From: an uncultured Lachnospiraceae bacterium
GTDB taxonomy: Bacteria; Bacillota; Clostridia; Lachnospirales; Lachnospiraceae
Direction of reading: 5' to 3'
DNA: 64,000 bases
Assembly: GCA_944384025.1 (NCBI GenBank)
Contig: CALWRS010000004.1
Coordinates: 34,581 to 98,580, forward strand
Part shown: in pieces, positions 39,426-49,500 of the stretch
How positions within the stretch are numbered: the first letter of the stretch is position 1
Layout of the letters: the number at the start of each line of letters is the position of its first letter
Translations under genes and position numbers: made by a program
The notes under the pieces: generated by a model
Databases searched by the model: none
The model's input: only the letters and a program-made list of their open reading frames with translations
What the model was told of the DNA's origin: nothing

Positions 39426-40742
39426 ATGATTAAGGTTGTAAAGTTCGGCGGGAGCTCTCTTGCCAGCGCCGAACAGTTTAAAAAAGTAAAATCCATTATT
39501 ACCGCCGAAGAACAGCGCCGCTTCGTTGTGCCTTCCGCACCGGGAAAGCGAAGCTCTACCGATACAAAGGTAACCGACATGCTCTACCAGTGCTATGCGC
39601 TTGCAGAGCTTGGAAAGCCTTTTGACAAGCTGCTTGGCGAGATTAAAGCGCGGTACCAGGAAATTATCGACGGGCTTAGCTTAAACATTTCGCTTGACGC
39701 AGAATTTGAAACGATTCGCGGACAGTTTTCTTCCGGTTCCGGCAAAGATTACGCAGCTTCCCGCGGAGAATACTTAAACGGTCTGCTGCTTGCCGCTTAT
39801 TTGGGATTCGCGTTTTTAGATCCGGCAGAATACATTGTCTTCACGGAAGAGGGCGTATTTGACAGCGAGACGACCAACCGCGTATTAAGCGCACGTCTTT
39901 CCACCATGGAAAATGCAGTAATTCCGGGCTTTTACGGTGCTATGCCAAACGGACGCATCAAAACGTTTTCCAGAGGTGGCTCGGATATTACCGGTTCCAT
40001 TGTTGCCCGGGCGGTGCGCGCGAACTTGTACGAAAACTGGACGGACGTTTCCGGCTTTCTCGTTGCGGACCCGCGCATTGTGGAAGATCCCGAATCCATA
40101 GAGACGATTACGTACCGGGAACTGCGGGAGCTCTCTTATATGGGCGCCGGCGTTCTTCACGAAGATGCGATTTTCCCGGTTCGCTCCGCCGGCATTCCTA
40201 TTAACATTAAAAACACGAATGCGCCCGAAGATCCCGGCACTTATATTGTGGAGAGCACATCGCGCAAGCCTCGCCACATTATTACCGGCATTGCAGGAAA
40301 GAAAGGGTTCACGTCCATCAACATTGAAAAGGATATGATGAATTCGGAAATCGGCTTTGGACGCAAGGTTTTGGCTGCTTTTGAAGATAACGGCATCAGC
40401 TTTGAGCATATGCCTTCCGGCATCGATACGCTCACGGTTTTCGTGCACGAAACCGAATTTGAAGAAAAAGAACAGTCCGTGCTTGCGCAGCTTCACCGTC
40501 TTGTCAGCCCGAACTCCATCGATATCGAAACGGACTTTGCCCTGATTGCCATTGTAGGAAGAGCGATGAAGTCCAAATGGGGAACCGCTGCGAAAATATT
40601 TACGGCGCTTGACAGAGCCTCCATTAACGTTAAGATGATTGACCAAGGCTCGAGCGAGCAAAACATTATTATCGGCGTTCACAACCAAGATTTCGAGGAC
40701 GCTATCCGCGCAATTTACAACATATTTGTTAACGAATCATAA
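39426..40742 (+). CDS. Aspartate kinase
   Basis: [18 protein letters not shown], with C-terminal ACT-domain region. Start set to the ATG at 39426 after GAGGGA. The track start at 39414 is GTG. Confidence 0.9.
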   Translation: MIKVVKFGGSSLASAEQFKKVKSIITAEEQRRFVVPSAPGKRSSTDTKVTDMLYQCYALAELGKPFDKLLGEIKARYQEIIDGLSLNISLDAEFETIRGQFSSGSGKDYAASRGEYLNGLLLAAYLGFAFLDPAEYIVFTEEGVFDSETTNRVLSARLSTMENAVIPGFYGAMPNGRIKTFSRGGSDITGSIVARAVRANLYENWTDVSGFLVADPRIVEDPESIETITYRELRELSYMGAGVLHEDAIFPVRSAGIPINIKNTNAPEDPGTYIVESTSRKPRHIITGIAGKKGFTSINIEKDMMNSEIGFGRKVLAAFEDNGISFEHMPSGIDTLTVFVHETEFEEKEQSVLAQLHRLVSPNSIDIETDFALIAIVGRAMKSKWGTAAKIFTALDRASINVKMIDQGSSEQNIIIGVHNQDFEDAIRAIYNIFVNES

Positions 40743-40753
40743 GGAGAATAACC

Positions 40754-41272
40754 ATGTCGAATCCAATTGTCACAATCACTATGCAAGGAGGCGCTGTCAT
40801 AAAAGCGGAACTCTACCCGGACATTGCGCCAAACACAGTAAATAACTTTATTTCCCTGATTAACAAAGGCTACTACAACGGCCTAACGTTTCACCGCATT
40901 ATTCCCGGCTTCATGATCCAAGGCGGCTGCCCGGACGGAACCGGCATGGGCGGCCCGGGCTACAGCATTCGCGGTGAATTTTCCGGAAACGGATTTTCCA
41001 ACAGCTTAAAGCATACGCCCGGTGTGCTCTCTATGGCACGCGCAATGGATCCGGATTCCGCAGGTTCTCAGTTTTTCATTATGCACGAGGCATCGCCGCA
41101 TCTTGACGGTCAATACGCTGCTTTTGGAAAAGTGGTGGCTGGTATGGACGTCGTAAACGAAATCGCCATGACGCCGACTACTTGGGGCGACCGTCCTAAA
41201 ATTGCCGTTGTAATGGAACAGGTAACGGTCGATACGTTCGGCGAAACTTATCCGGAGCCGGAGACGATATAA
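40754..41272 (+). CDS. Peptidyl-prolyl cis-trans isomerase, cyclophilin type
   Basis: 172 aa. [20 protein letters not shown] and GSQFFI blocks. Confidence 0.93.
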   Translation: MSNPIVTITMQGGAVIKAELYPDIAPNTVNNFISLINKGYYNGLTFHRIIPGFMIQGGCPDGTGMGGPGYSIRGEFSGNGFSNSLKHTPGVLSMARAMDPDSAGSQFFIMHEASPHLDGQYAAFGKVVAGMDVVNEIAMTPTTWGDRPKIAVVMEQVTVDTFGETYPEPETI

Positions 41273-41291
41273 AACGGAGTTGAGGAACCGT

Positions 41292-42539
41292 ATGAAAGCA
41301 GCAGGCATCATCGCAGAATATAATCCGTTTCACAAAGGGCACGCGTATCAAATAGAGGAATGCCGCAGGCAGACCGGATGCGACTATGTGATTGTCTTAA
41401 TGAGCGGCAATTATGTACAGCGAGGAGAGCCTGCTGTTTTTGACGCATACAGCCGCGCGGAAATGGCGCTTCGGGGCGGAGCAGACCTAATTCTTAGCCT
41501 TCCCATCTGGACGGCTACAGCAAGCGCGGAAGGCTTTTGTGAAGGCGCAGTTCGACTGCTTGATGCCCTGCACCTTCCGGAAGCTATCAGCTTTGGCGTG
41601 GAAGTCCCGGCAGGAGAAACGGCTACAAAAACTTTGCAGCTGCTTTGTGAGCTGGCACAGCTGCTTGCCGCCGAGCCAGCTGCCTACCGCACCGCTCTTC
41701 GGGAAGGTCTAAAGCAGGGTCTATCCTTTCCGGCAGCAAGAAGCAAGGCGGTTTCCAGTCTTCTTCCGCATTGCACAGCTTTACTTGATACGCCCAATAA
41801 CATTCTTGCTGCCGAGTACTTAAAAGCAATTGAAAAGACCGGCGCAGCTCTGACGCCTTTTTGCGTAGAACGCATCGGCAGCGGTTACCATGACCGGACG
41901 ATGTCCGATATTTGCTCTGCTACCGCCCTTCGTGCGCATTTTGCAAAAACAGGGACGCTCCCAACCGAAGGCATCCCTACAGCTGCCCTGCCAGTTTACA
42001 ACCGCCTGCTTTCGCAAATGCGCCCCGGCTGCTTTCTTGCCGCAGACGATTTTTCTGATTTGCTTTTTTATCGCCTTGAAGGGCTAAGCGCACAGGAGCT
42101 TTCCTGCTTTGCCGACATTTCCCTCTCTCTTGCCAGACGAATCCTAAAATGCCGGGAAGAGAGCTTTTGCATCTCGGAGCTTTGCGCCGCAGTAGGACAT
42201 CGCCAGCTTACGCAAACCGGGTTGATGCGCGGTTTGCTTCACGTTTTGCTTTCCATGAAAAAAGACGCCCTGTGCGCGTACAAGGAGCTTCCGCATCCGC
42301 CTTATACGCAAGTTCTTGGATGCAAAAAGTCCGCGCTTTCTCTGCTCTCTCACCTACGCAAGTTTGCCGATGTTCCAATTTTGGTGCGCGCTTCCGACTG
42401 CGCCTTGCTGCGCGGCCACGCGGCAACGCTGTACGAAACAGAGCGGCAGGCAAACACTTTATACCGGCGGATGCTGTACCGAAAAACCGGCTGCCGGATT
42501 CCGGAAGAATTGCGCAGGAAATTTGAGCCTCTCTCTTAA
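41292..42539 (+). CDS. tmcAL: tRNA(Met) cytidine acetate ligase (YlbM/UPF0348 family)
   Basis: MKAAGIIAEYNPFHKGHAYQIEE is the nucleotidyltransferase HxGH signature of YlbM/TmcAL. Start set to the ATG at 41292; the track start is TTG. Confidence 0.8.
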   Translation: MKAAGIIAEYNPFHKGHAYQIEECRRQTGCDYVIVLMSGNYVQRGEPAVFDAYSRAEMALRGGADLILSLPIWTATASAEGFCEGAVRLLDALHLPEAISFGVEVPAGETATKTLQLLCELAQLLAAEPAAYRTALREGLKQGLSFPAARSKAVSSLLPHCTALLDTPNNILAAEYLKAIEKTGAALTPFCVERIGSGYHDRTMSDICSATALRAHFAKTGTLPTEGIPTAALPVYNRLLSQMRPGCFLAADDFSDLLFYRLEGLSAQELSCFADISLSLARRILKCREESFCISELCAAVGHRQLTQTGLMRGLLHVLLSMKKDALCAYKELPHPPYTQVLGCKKSALSLLSHLRKFADVPILVRASDCALLRGHAATLYETERQANTLYRRMLYRKTGCRIPEELRRKFEPLS

Positions 42540-42603
42540 CACGGCAGTTCTATCCGCCTGTCTATTCACATAAGCATAAACAGATTTAAGCCGCGGAGCC
42601 GAA

Positions 42604-43563
42604 ATGCAGCGTAAATTGATTTTTCTCTTACTGCTTGCCTGTCTGGCGCTTTGCCTGCTGCATCCTGCGGCGTGCGCAAAAAGCGCCTCCTACGGTCTTG
42701 GTCTTTGGTACCAAGCGCTGCTGCCGGTTTTGCTGCCGTTTCTTTTATTGACGACACTGCTGCGCCAGATGGAATTTGCCCGAACGCTTGACAAAATTCT
42801 CTCGCCCATAACAACGCGCATTCTCCACCTTCCCCCGTCCTACGGTTCTCTTGTTTTCTTCGGACTGCTCTCCGGCTTGCCGGTAGGCGCTGTTTTGCTT
42901 CAAAGTCTGCCGGAAAAAGACCGCTGCGAAAAAATTTTGTACCCGCTTCTTCTAACGACTCACGTAAGCCCCGGTTTTATAACTGGATACCTTTCTGCTT
43001 TTGTTTTAGAGCGTCCGTCTCTTTCGCCGCTTTTATTCTTAACGGTTTATGGCGGAAATTTGCTGGCGGCATGGCTGTTTTTTCGCCCGAAAACTTACGA
43101 TGCTCGGACGATGTCCGCCAAAAACTCTTCGGCGCCCGCTCGCTTAGGCTCCTTTGGAACAATGTTTCAAAATGCCGTACAAACTTCGCTGCAAACAGTT
43201 CTTGCGGTAGGGGTAAACGTTACGTTGTTTTGCGTAGCGGCCGGGTTTTGCACGCTGCTTCTGCCGCCTCTTTTTTCGTGGACTGGCTTATCAAGTGCGC
43301 GAATTCCCTTTATTACTATGCTTTTTTCCGGACTTTGCGAAGTAACCGGAGGGTGCGGTCTTTTGCTTTCGCAAAACGTCCCGTTTCGGCTGCGCGCAGT
43401 CCTAGTCGTTTTCTTTGCCAGCTTCGGCGGTCTCTCAGGAATTTTTCAGACGAAAAGCGTCCTGCGCGTTTCGTTTCCATTATTAAAGTATATTGGTATA
43501 AAAATAAGCACGGCGCTGTTTTCCGCTTGCGCCATGCTCATTTTGTTACGCTTATTTTTCTAG
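42604..43563 (+). CDS. ylbJ: Sporulation integral membrane protein YlbJ-like (nucleoside-recognition-type membrane protein)
   Basis: 319 aa, polytopic. N-terminus HPAACAKSASYGLGLWYQALLPVLLPFLLL resembles YlbJ. Synteny with coaD, rsmD and tmcAL matches the B. subtilis ylb region. Confidence 0.6.
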   Translation: MQRKLIFLLLLACLALCLLHPAACAKSASYGLGLWYQALLPVLLPFLLLTTLLRQMEFARTLDKILSPITTRILHLPPSYGSLVFFGLLSGLPVGAVLLQSLPEKDRCEKILYPLLLTTHVSPGFITGYLSAFVLERPSLSPLLFLTVYGGNLLAAWLFFRPKTYDARTMSAKNSSAPARLGSFGTMFQNAVQTSLQTVLAVGVNVTLFCVAAGFCTLLLPPLFSWTGLSSARIPFITMLFSGLCEVTGGCGLLLSQNVPFRLRAVLVVFFASFGGLSGIFQTKSVLRVSFPLLKYIGIKISTALFSACAMLILLRLFF

Positions 43564-43573
43564 TTTTTACGGA

Positions 43574-44224
43574 TTACTCGTCGATGTTTTCAAGGAAGGT
43601 GTCTTCTACAAAGTCAAATTCGCCGTCCTCGCTCACGGTAGCGATTGGCTCGTCAAACGCAGCTGCCGCCTCCTGCGGATTTAGCTGTGCGTCAAGCTCC
43701 GAGCGGTTCGTCGAAACGATTTCGTAATTTTCTTTCAAAACAGCAACCAAATTTTCGGCTCTTGTCCGAGTTGTTTCGTACGCTTCTTGCAAAATCTTTT
43801 CCATGTCGGTCATAATATCGTTTGCATAATTCAGCGCACCGGTACGAATCTGCTCCGCGTCGGAGTTTGCGCTTGTAAGCATCTCATCCGCTTCGCTTCC
43901 TGCCGAAGACACAAGTTCGTTCGCGCGGGCGTACGCCTGCTGCATAATCTCGTGTTCGCTCACAAGCTGTTTTGCCTTTGCTTTTGCCTCTTCGATAATC
44001 TGCTCCGCTTTCTCTTCTGCCTGTGCAATGATGGAATCGCGGTTCGCAATAATCTTTTGGTAGCGCTTGATTTCATCCGGCGTGCGAAGCTTCAGCTCGT
44101 CTAGCAAATCGTAAAGCTCGTCCTTAGGGATTACCACTTTATTGGGAGAAAAAGTAGATGCCTTACAGTTTTCCACGAATTCATAAATGTTATCAATACA
44201 CCGTTCGATCTGATTCTGTGCCAT
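43574..44224 (-). CDS. Coiled-coil protein (ATPase subunit B/H-like repeats; function unknown)
   Basis: 216 aa. Long Ala/Glu/Lys helices (AQAEEKAEQIIEEAKAKAKQLVSEHE). Co-oriented with coaD, 2 nt downstream of it. Confidence 0.5.
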   Translation of the reverse strand: MAQNQIERCIDNIYEFVENCKASTFSPNKVVIPKDELYDLLDELKLRTPDEIKRYQKIIANRDSIIAQAEEKAEQIIEEAKAKAKQLVSEHEIMQQAYARANELVSSAGSEADEMLTSANSDAEQIRTGALNYANDIMTDMEKILQEAYETTRTRAENLVAVLKENYEIVSTNRSELDAQLNPQEAAAAFDEPIATVSEDGEFDFVEDTFLENIDE

Positions 44225-44226
44225 GA

Positions 44227-44718
44227 TTAGTTCTCCTTTTTTGTGTATAATTTATCGTATACGTCCTGTACAATCTCCCGTGGTACAAACTCTCGGATAT
44301 TGCCTCCGTAACTTGCGATTTCCCGGACGCTGCTGGAACTTAGATAAGAGTACTCCACACTTGTTGTGAGGAAAATCGTATCCAGCCCCGGATTCAACTT
44401 GTGGTTTAGCTGCGCAATTTGCAATTCGTACTCAAAGTCCGTTACTGCGCGCAGTCCCCGCACAAGAATTCTGGCGTTTTGCTGTTTTGCAAATTCGACT
44501 GTCAGCCCGGAAAAGCTTTCCACTGTAACGTTTGGAATCTCTTTCGTTACTTTGCGAATCATTTCGACTCGTTGTGCAACGCTAAACGCCGGAGATTTGC
44601 TGTAATTGTTTAAGACGCCTATTATCAGGCGATCCACCAGATTCGACGCACGGCGAATTACATCTAAGTGCCCCAGCGTAATTGGATCGAAACTGCCTGC
44701 ATAGATCCCTGTTTTCAT
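44227..44718 (-). CDS. coaD: Phosphopantetheine adenylyltransferase
   Basis: 163 aa. [18 protein letters not shown] (T/HxGH motif) and ISSSSVRE-like SSSSVREI. Confidence 0.93.
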   Translation of the reverse strand: MKTGIYAGSFDPITLGHLDVIRRASNLVDRLIIGVLNNYSKSPAFSVAQRVEMIRKVTKEIPNVTVESFSGLTVEFAKQQNARILVRGLRAVTDFEYELQIAQLNHKLNPGLDTIFLTTSVEYSYLSSSSVREIASYGGNIREFVPREIVQDVYDKLYTKKEN

Positions 44719-44725
44719 TTTTTGT

Positions 44726-45286
44726 TCATTTCCTTCTCAAAAACCAATGTCGATTCGATTTATAACTCTTTTCCCGAAAAACTTCATATCCCGCAGCTTC
44801 AAACTGGGCTCCGGTTTCACAGGCATCAAGCGCGTCTTCTACGACAAAGATTGTTTGCGCATCCGTAAGCGAAGAAGTTTTCAAAAAACGCAGAGCGTCT
44901 GCCGCCATATTTTTCCGGTAAGGAGGATCCAAAAACACAATGTCAAACTTCCTTGCGTCGTACTCCATCTGCCGAAGCGCCGAAAGATAATCCATCCCAT
45001 ACACGGCGCTTTGCTCACAAAAGCCTGTCCATTCCAGATTCTTACGAATACAGCGGACTGCTTCGCGGCTGTTGTCTGCAAAACAAGCAAACTCCGCGCC
45101 GCGGCTTAAAGCTTCAATACCGATTCCGCCGCTGCCCGCAAACAAATCCAGAAAGCGGCAGCCGGGAATTTTGGGAGCAAGAATGTTAAAAAGCGTCTCT
45201 TTAATCTTATCCTGCGTCGGCCGCGTTTGCATCCCACGGGGAGTTTCTAGAAGCAATCTCCTTGCTTTTCCGGCAATGACTCGCAT
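44726..45286 (-). CDS. rsmD: 16S rRNA (guanine966-N2)-methyltransferase
   Basis: [50 protein letters not shown]. Start set to the ATG at 45286 after GGGGAGGGA. The predicted promoter lies upstream of it. Confidence 0.88.
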   Translation of the reverse strand: MRVIAGKARRLLLETPRGMQTRPTQDKIKETLFNILAPKIPGCRFLDLFAGSGGIGIEALSRGAEFACFADNSREAVRCIRKNLEWTGFCEQSAVYGMDYLSALRQMEYDARKFDIVFLDPPYRKNMAADALRFLKTSSLTDAQTIFVVEDALDACETGAQFEAAGYEVFREKSYKSNRHWFLRRK

Positions 45287-45331
45287 GTTTCCCTCCCCAT
45301 CTTGCTTTCGCCGTCGATACACCTAGGTACC

Positions 45332-45361
45332 ATTGTAGTCTATCAGCCAAATATTTGTCAA
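45332..45361 (-). promoter_or_regulatory. Putative sigma-A promoter of the rsmD-coaD operon
   Basis: Minus strand reads TTGACA, 18 nt, TACAAT. Confidence 0.55.
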
Positions 45362-45399
45362 TCCTTTTCCCCAAAAAAGCCCAAAAAAGAACCGAATAC

Positions 45400-46242
45400 T
45401 TATTCAATCGGGAGCGTCGTAACAATCTGCTTTGCCGCATCGCTCAGCCAGTCGCCTTCTAAGCCTTCCACATCGCCTGCGTCTACATGAGCGGAGATTG
45501 TTTGCGTAAGCGGCAATTTCGCCAATACTGGAAGCTGGTACTTCGCTGCAATCTCTTCTATATGGCTCTTTCCAAAGACAAACAGTTTTTCTCCGCAATG
45601 GTCGCAGGAAACATAACTGTAGTTTTCTACAAGGCCAAGAACCGGAACTTCCATTTTCTGCGCCATATTAACTGCTTTGCCAACGATCATCGACACGAGC
45701 TCCTGCGGACTGGATACAATAACAATTCCGTCAACGGGAAGCGACTGGAATACCGTCAGCGGGACGTCGCCGGTTCCCGGCGGCATGTCTACAAACAAAT
45801 AGTCGATATCGCCCCAAAGCACGTCGGTCCAAAACTGCTTAACCGTTCCTGCTAAGACAGGCCCGCGCCAGATGACCGGCGTTTCCTTGTCTTCCAAAAG
45901 AAGGTTCAGACTCATCAGCCGGATGCCCGCACGCGTTTCTACCGGCAAAAGCCCGTCGTCGTTTGCATTTGCGATTTTCTCAATTCCAAAGCTCTTTGGA
46001 ATCGACGGCCCCGTTACATCCGCATCCAAAATACCGCATTTATAACCCTGCCGCTGCAAAAGCACGCTCAAATAAGACGTTACGAAAGACTTTCCCACGC
46101 CTCCTTTGCCGCTGACAACGCCAATAACGCGGCGAATCCGGCTGTGTGCGTTCATCGGCGCTAAAAACTGCGATTTGTCTGTCTGGCGGCTGCTGCACTC
46201 TGCTGTGCAGGACGAACACTCGTGATTGCATTCTTCTGCCAT
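45400..46242 (-). CDS. Mrp/NBP35 (ApbC) family Fe-S cluster carrier ATPase
   Basis: Deviant Walker A VVSGKGGVGKS and a Cys-rich N-terminus MAEECNHECSSCTAEC. Start set to the ATG at 46242 after GGAGG...AGGAG. The track start would lie inside the pfp terminator hairpin. Confidence 0.85.
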   Translation of the reverse strand: MAEECNHECSSCTAECSSRQTDKSQFLAPMNAHSRIRRVIGVVSGKGGVGKSFVTSYLSVLLQRQGYKCGILDADVTGPSIPKSFGIEKIANANDDGLLPVETRAGIRLMSLNLLLEDKETPVIWRGPVLAGTVKQFWTDVLWGDIDYLFVDMPPGTGDVPLTVFQSLPVDGIVIVSSPQELVSMIVGKAVNMAQKMEVPVLGLVENYSYVSCDHCGEKLFVFGKSHIEEIAAKYQLPVLAKLPLTQTISAHVDAGDVEGLEGDWLSDAAKQIVTTLPIE

Positions 46243-46260
46243 AATTCTCCTATGACCTCC

Positions 46261-46308
46261 AAAAAAATTGCAGAAAGCAGCCACACGCTGTTTCCGGCTT
46301 GTGGCTGC
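46261..46308 (-). terminator. Rho-independent terminator after pfp
   Basis: Minus strand has a 9-bp stem GCAGCCACA / TGTGGCTGC with a 14-nt loop, followed by TTTCTGCAATTTTTTT. Confidence 0.65.
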
Positions 46309-46329
46309 AACACTTGCAAATGTTTTTAT

Positions 46330-47565
46330 TTACTTGATCTTCAAAATGCTCGGAATACCGTTTACCATAATCGGCGGAAGCTCGCCTTCAATCAACGGTC
46401 TTGCATAAGAAATGAATTCCTTCGATACGTAGGTTCCGTCCTCCGTAATCCACTCCAGCGGAACTTTCTTCTCTGCGTTTGCAATTTCGCTGATGTTGTG
46501 GCTGCTAAGGCCGAATGCATACGGCTCGCCTTTTTTGCTCAGACGATCAATCAAAATCATCTTTCCGGTTTCTCCGGCATATCCTGCCTTCACTGCTGCA
46601 TAACCGCAGGCAAATGCCTCGGTAACGTCCTGCTTGGAGGAGATGTGCGCTGCGCATCTTTGCAGAGTAGAAAGCTCAATGGCACGCGTCTTAACGCCGA
46701 ATTCCGAAGAAACAATGTCCGAAAGCGCGCTGGCAGTTCCGGAGAGCTGCTTGTGACCAAATGCATCTACAAAGTCACTTGCCGAGCCAAGCTCGCATAC
46801 AAAGCGTCCGTCCGCAAGCTTAACGCCTTCCGATACGGCAACTACTACAACGTCCTTCTTCTCCAGAAGTCCTTTCATTTTTGCTTTAAATGCGTCCAAA
46901 TCGAACGTAACTTCCGGAAGGTAAATCAAATCCGGTCCTTCGCACTCACTGTCTTTGGAAAGAGCGGCAGCGGCAGTCAGCCAGCCTGCGTTACGTCCCA
47001 TAATTTCCATAATGATAACCTGCTGCTTGGAAAATCCGAGCGCGTTACCGTCCGTGATAACTTCTTTTAACATGGTGGCAATAAACTTTGCAGCACTGCC
47101 AAAGCCCGGTGTGTGGTCGGTAAATTCCAAATCGTTGTCGATGGTCTTTGGAATTCCCATAAACTTGGTCTTTGTCCAGCCAATCTTCTTTGCGTACTCG
47201 TTCAATTTGTTGATCGTGTCCATGGAGTCGTTTCCGCCGTTGTAGCAGAATACTTCAATGTCCAGCTCGTCAATCTTCTTGAAAATATTCTGATATACCT
47301 CATCGTTTCCTTCAATAGCCGGAAGCTTATAACGGCAGGAGCCAAGAAATGCTGCGGGCGTTCTTTTTAAAATTTCTACGTCGCGGTCGCATGTAATCTG
47401 TTCCTTTAAGTCTACATACATTCCTTTAAGGAAGCCCTGAATACCGTAACGCATTCCATAGATTTTGTCTACTCCTAAATCTCTTGCTGCACAAAATGCA
47501 CCGGCAAGGGAGGAGTTAATTACGGAAGACGGTCCGCCGGACTGTCCAACGATAAAATTACCCAT
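46330..47565 (-). CDS. pfp: 6-phosphofructokinase, probably pyrophosphate-dependent
   Basis: 411 aa. GQSGGPSSVINSS, GGNDS and GIPKTIDNDL. The Asp in GGxDS and the Lys in PKTIDND are the residues usually associated with PPi rather than ATP specificity. Confidence 0.75.
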   Translation of the reverse strand: MGNFIVGQSGGPSSVINSSLAGAFCAARDLGVDKIYGMRYGIQGFLKGMYVDLKEQITCDRDVEILKRTPAAFLGSCRYKLPAIEGNDEVYQNIFKKIDELDIEVFCYNGGNDSMDTINKLNEYAKKIGWTKTKFMGIPKTIDNDLEFTDHTPGFGSAAKFIATMLKEVITDGNALGFSKQQVIIMEIMGRNAGWLTAAAALSKDSECEGPDLIYLPEVTFDLDAFKAKMKGLLEKKDVVVVAVSEGVKLADGRFVCELGSASDFVDAFGHKQLSGTASALSDIVSSEFGVKTRAIELSTLQRCAAHISSKQDVTEAFACGYAAVKAGYAGETGKMILIDRLSKKGEPYAFGLSSHNISEIANAEKKVPLEWITEDGTYVSKEFISYARPLIEGELPPIMVNGIPSILKIK

Positions 47566-47684
47566 TTACGATTACCTCCTTGGTGTTCGATAATTGTTTT
47601 TCAGAGGGAATACACCCAGTATGCCCATTCCTTTACACTATATCATAAGAAGCCAGAAAAAGGCAACTGGAATTTCAAAATCGG

Positions 47685-47713
47685 ATGACAAATTCCCAAA
47701 TTCGTGCTATGCT
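47685..47713 (+). promoter_or_regulatory. Putative promoter of the MATE gene
   Basis: ATGACA, 17 nt, TATGCT, with a TG at the extended -10 position. Confidence 0.4.
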
Positions 47714-47766
47714 AAATCTGATGCGCTCGCTGCGCAAAAAGCAAAAGAAGGAATTGGGTTGATTTT

Positions 47767-49116
47767 ATGGCACAGACACTTAAAGGAAGCATGACCTCCG
47801 GCAATCCGGCAAAAGCGCTTGTATTTTTCACGCTGCCGATGGTTTTCGGAAATCTTTTTCAGCAGCTTTATAACATTGTAGACTCGGTAATCGTAGGCAA
47901 ATTTGTCGGCGAGGACGCGCTGGCGGCGGTAGGCGCCTCCACAGCGGTTACGATGCTCTTTGTTATGATTGCAAACGGAACCGGCATCGGCTGCTCCATT
48001 ATTATTTCCAATCTGTTCGGCGCGCAGGATATCCGCCGCATGAAATCGGCTATTTCTACGGCTCTTTGGTCTATCCTTGCCTTTAGCGTTGTGCTAAGTC
48101 TTCTGGGACTTGCGATAAACACACAAATTATGGAACTGATTGGCACGCCCAAAAATATTTTTAAAGACGCCGCAGACTACATGCAAATTTATTTTATGGG
48201 CTTTGTCTTTTTGTTTTTATACAACGCTTTTTCGGCGATTTTTAATGCGCTTGGCGACTCCAAAAAGCCGCTTGTATTCCTGTTTCTTTCCTCGGCGCTT
48301 AACGTTGGACTGGATTTGTTAATGGTAATTCGTTTTCACATGGGTGTTCGCGGCGTGGCATGGGCAACGTTAATTGCACAGGCAGTTTCCGCTGTTCTGT
48401 CTTTTATTTTTCTTATGCGAAAGCTCCAAAAGATGCCCGGCACAGCATCGTCGCGCTTTGACGCTAAGCTCTTAAAGCGCATGATTATCGTGGCCATTCC
48501 CACTGTCTTGCAGCAGTCAATCGTCTCGGTCGGAATGCTTCTTGTTCAGTCAGTCGTAAACCGCTTTGGTTCCAGCTTTCTCGCCGGATATACGGCGGCA
48601 ATAAAGCTGGACAGCATCGCCATTGTCCCTATGGTAGCCGTAGGCAATGCTGCCTCCACGTACGTTGCGCAAAATATCGGCGCCGGACGTCTTTCCCGGA
48701 TTCGGCAAGGCTACCGCATCTGCCTTGTTATGGTAATTAGCATTGCCGTTCTTATTACTGTTCCCATGCAGCTTGCGGGAGATACGATGATTCACTGGTT
48801 TTTGGACAGCGACTCAAGCGCTAGGGCGATTCAGGTTGGCACCGATTATCTGAAAATCGTCTCCGGCTTTTACTTTGTAATGGGTATGATGAACGTGAGC
48901 AGCGGTATTTTGCGGGGCGCCGCCGATATGAAATGGTTTCTTGCCGGAAGCCTCGTAAACCTGACAACGCGCGTTGTATTAAGCTACACGCTTGCCACGC
49001 TTACTTCCGGCTACGTCGTGATGTGGGCCAATCCCGTAGGCTGGGGAATTTGTTTGATAATTTCTGTTTCGAGGTACTTTCAGGGTGGTTGGAAGAAAAC
49101 AAGGCAGGAGGCTTAA
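47767..49116 (+). CDS. MATE family efflux transporter
   Basis: 449 aa, 12 TM helices. N-terminal block LPMVFGNLFQQLYNIVDSVIVGKFVGEDALAAVG is typical of MATE (NorM/DinF). Confidence 0.88.
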   Translation: MAQTLKGSMTSGNPAKALVFFTLPMVFGNLFQQLYNIVDSVIVGKFVGEDALAAVGASTAVTMLFVMIANGTGIGCSIIISNLFGAQDIRRMKSAISTALWSILAFSVVLSLLGLAINTQIMELIGTPKNIFKDAADYMQIYFMGFVFLFLYNAFSAIFNALGDSKKPLVFLFLSSALNVGLDLLMVIRFHMGVRGVAWATLIAQAVSAVLSFIFLMRKLQKMPGTASSRFDAKLLKRMIIVAIPTVLQQSIVSVGMLLVQSVVNRFGSSFLAGYTAAIKLDSIAIVPMVAVGNAASTYVAQNIGAGRLSRIRQGYRICLVMVISIAVLITVPMQLAGDTMIHWFLDSDSSARAIQVGTDYLKIVSGFYFVMGMMNVSSGILRGAADMKWFLAGSLVNLTTRVVLSYTLATLTSGYVVMWANPVGWGICLIISVSRYFQGGWKKTRQEA

Positions 49117-49466
49117 GCTCCTGTCTTATTTTCTTCCAGTTCTAACATCCGGTCATACTGCCGGTACATCTTCTGCACGCCGTTTTCCAGCAAATAGTAA
49201 TGCATAATATAAGGGATGAGCAGGCAGAGAAACGCAGCGATTAACACAAGCATTCCGATGCTTGGCGCCGCCACAGCAAACAACATGCAGCCTACGCTTA
49301 AAATAGCAAAGACAACAGTCACAATTAAGTGAATCAGCCGCTCGTGCATAAAAAATCCAATCTGAATCAAATGCTTTTCTCTCTCCCGCTTCCAGTCCGT
49401 CCCCGCAGGGGGATTTGCAAGCAGCGCATCGATTTGCGCCAAATACGAAAGGATTCGTTTTTTCAC
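49113..49466 (-). CDS. Small membrane protein (unknown function)
   Basis: About 117 aa with two TM helices in the C-terminal half. The preferred start is the GTG at 49466, 8 nt after GGAGG. Its 3' end overlaps the convergent MATE gene by 4 nt. Confidence 0.5.
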   Translation of the reverse strand: MKKRILSYLAQIDALLANPPAGTDWKREREKHLIQIGFFMHERLIHLIVTVVFAILSVGCMLFAVAAPSIGMLVLIAAFLCLLIPYIMHYYLLENGVQKMYRQYDRMLELEENKTGA

Positions 49467-49500
49467 CGTACACACCTCCCAAAACGCCGCCTTAGCCGCT

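Noticed and set aside
39885-40688. 267-aa minus-strand ORF
   Set aside because: It is antisense to aspartate kinase, which has the KFGGSS motif and ACT domains. It is a shadow ORF.
46222-47070. 282-aa plus-strand ORF
   Set aside because: It is antisense to the well-supported pfp and mrp genes and has no recognisable motifs. It is a shadow ORF.
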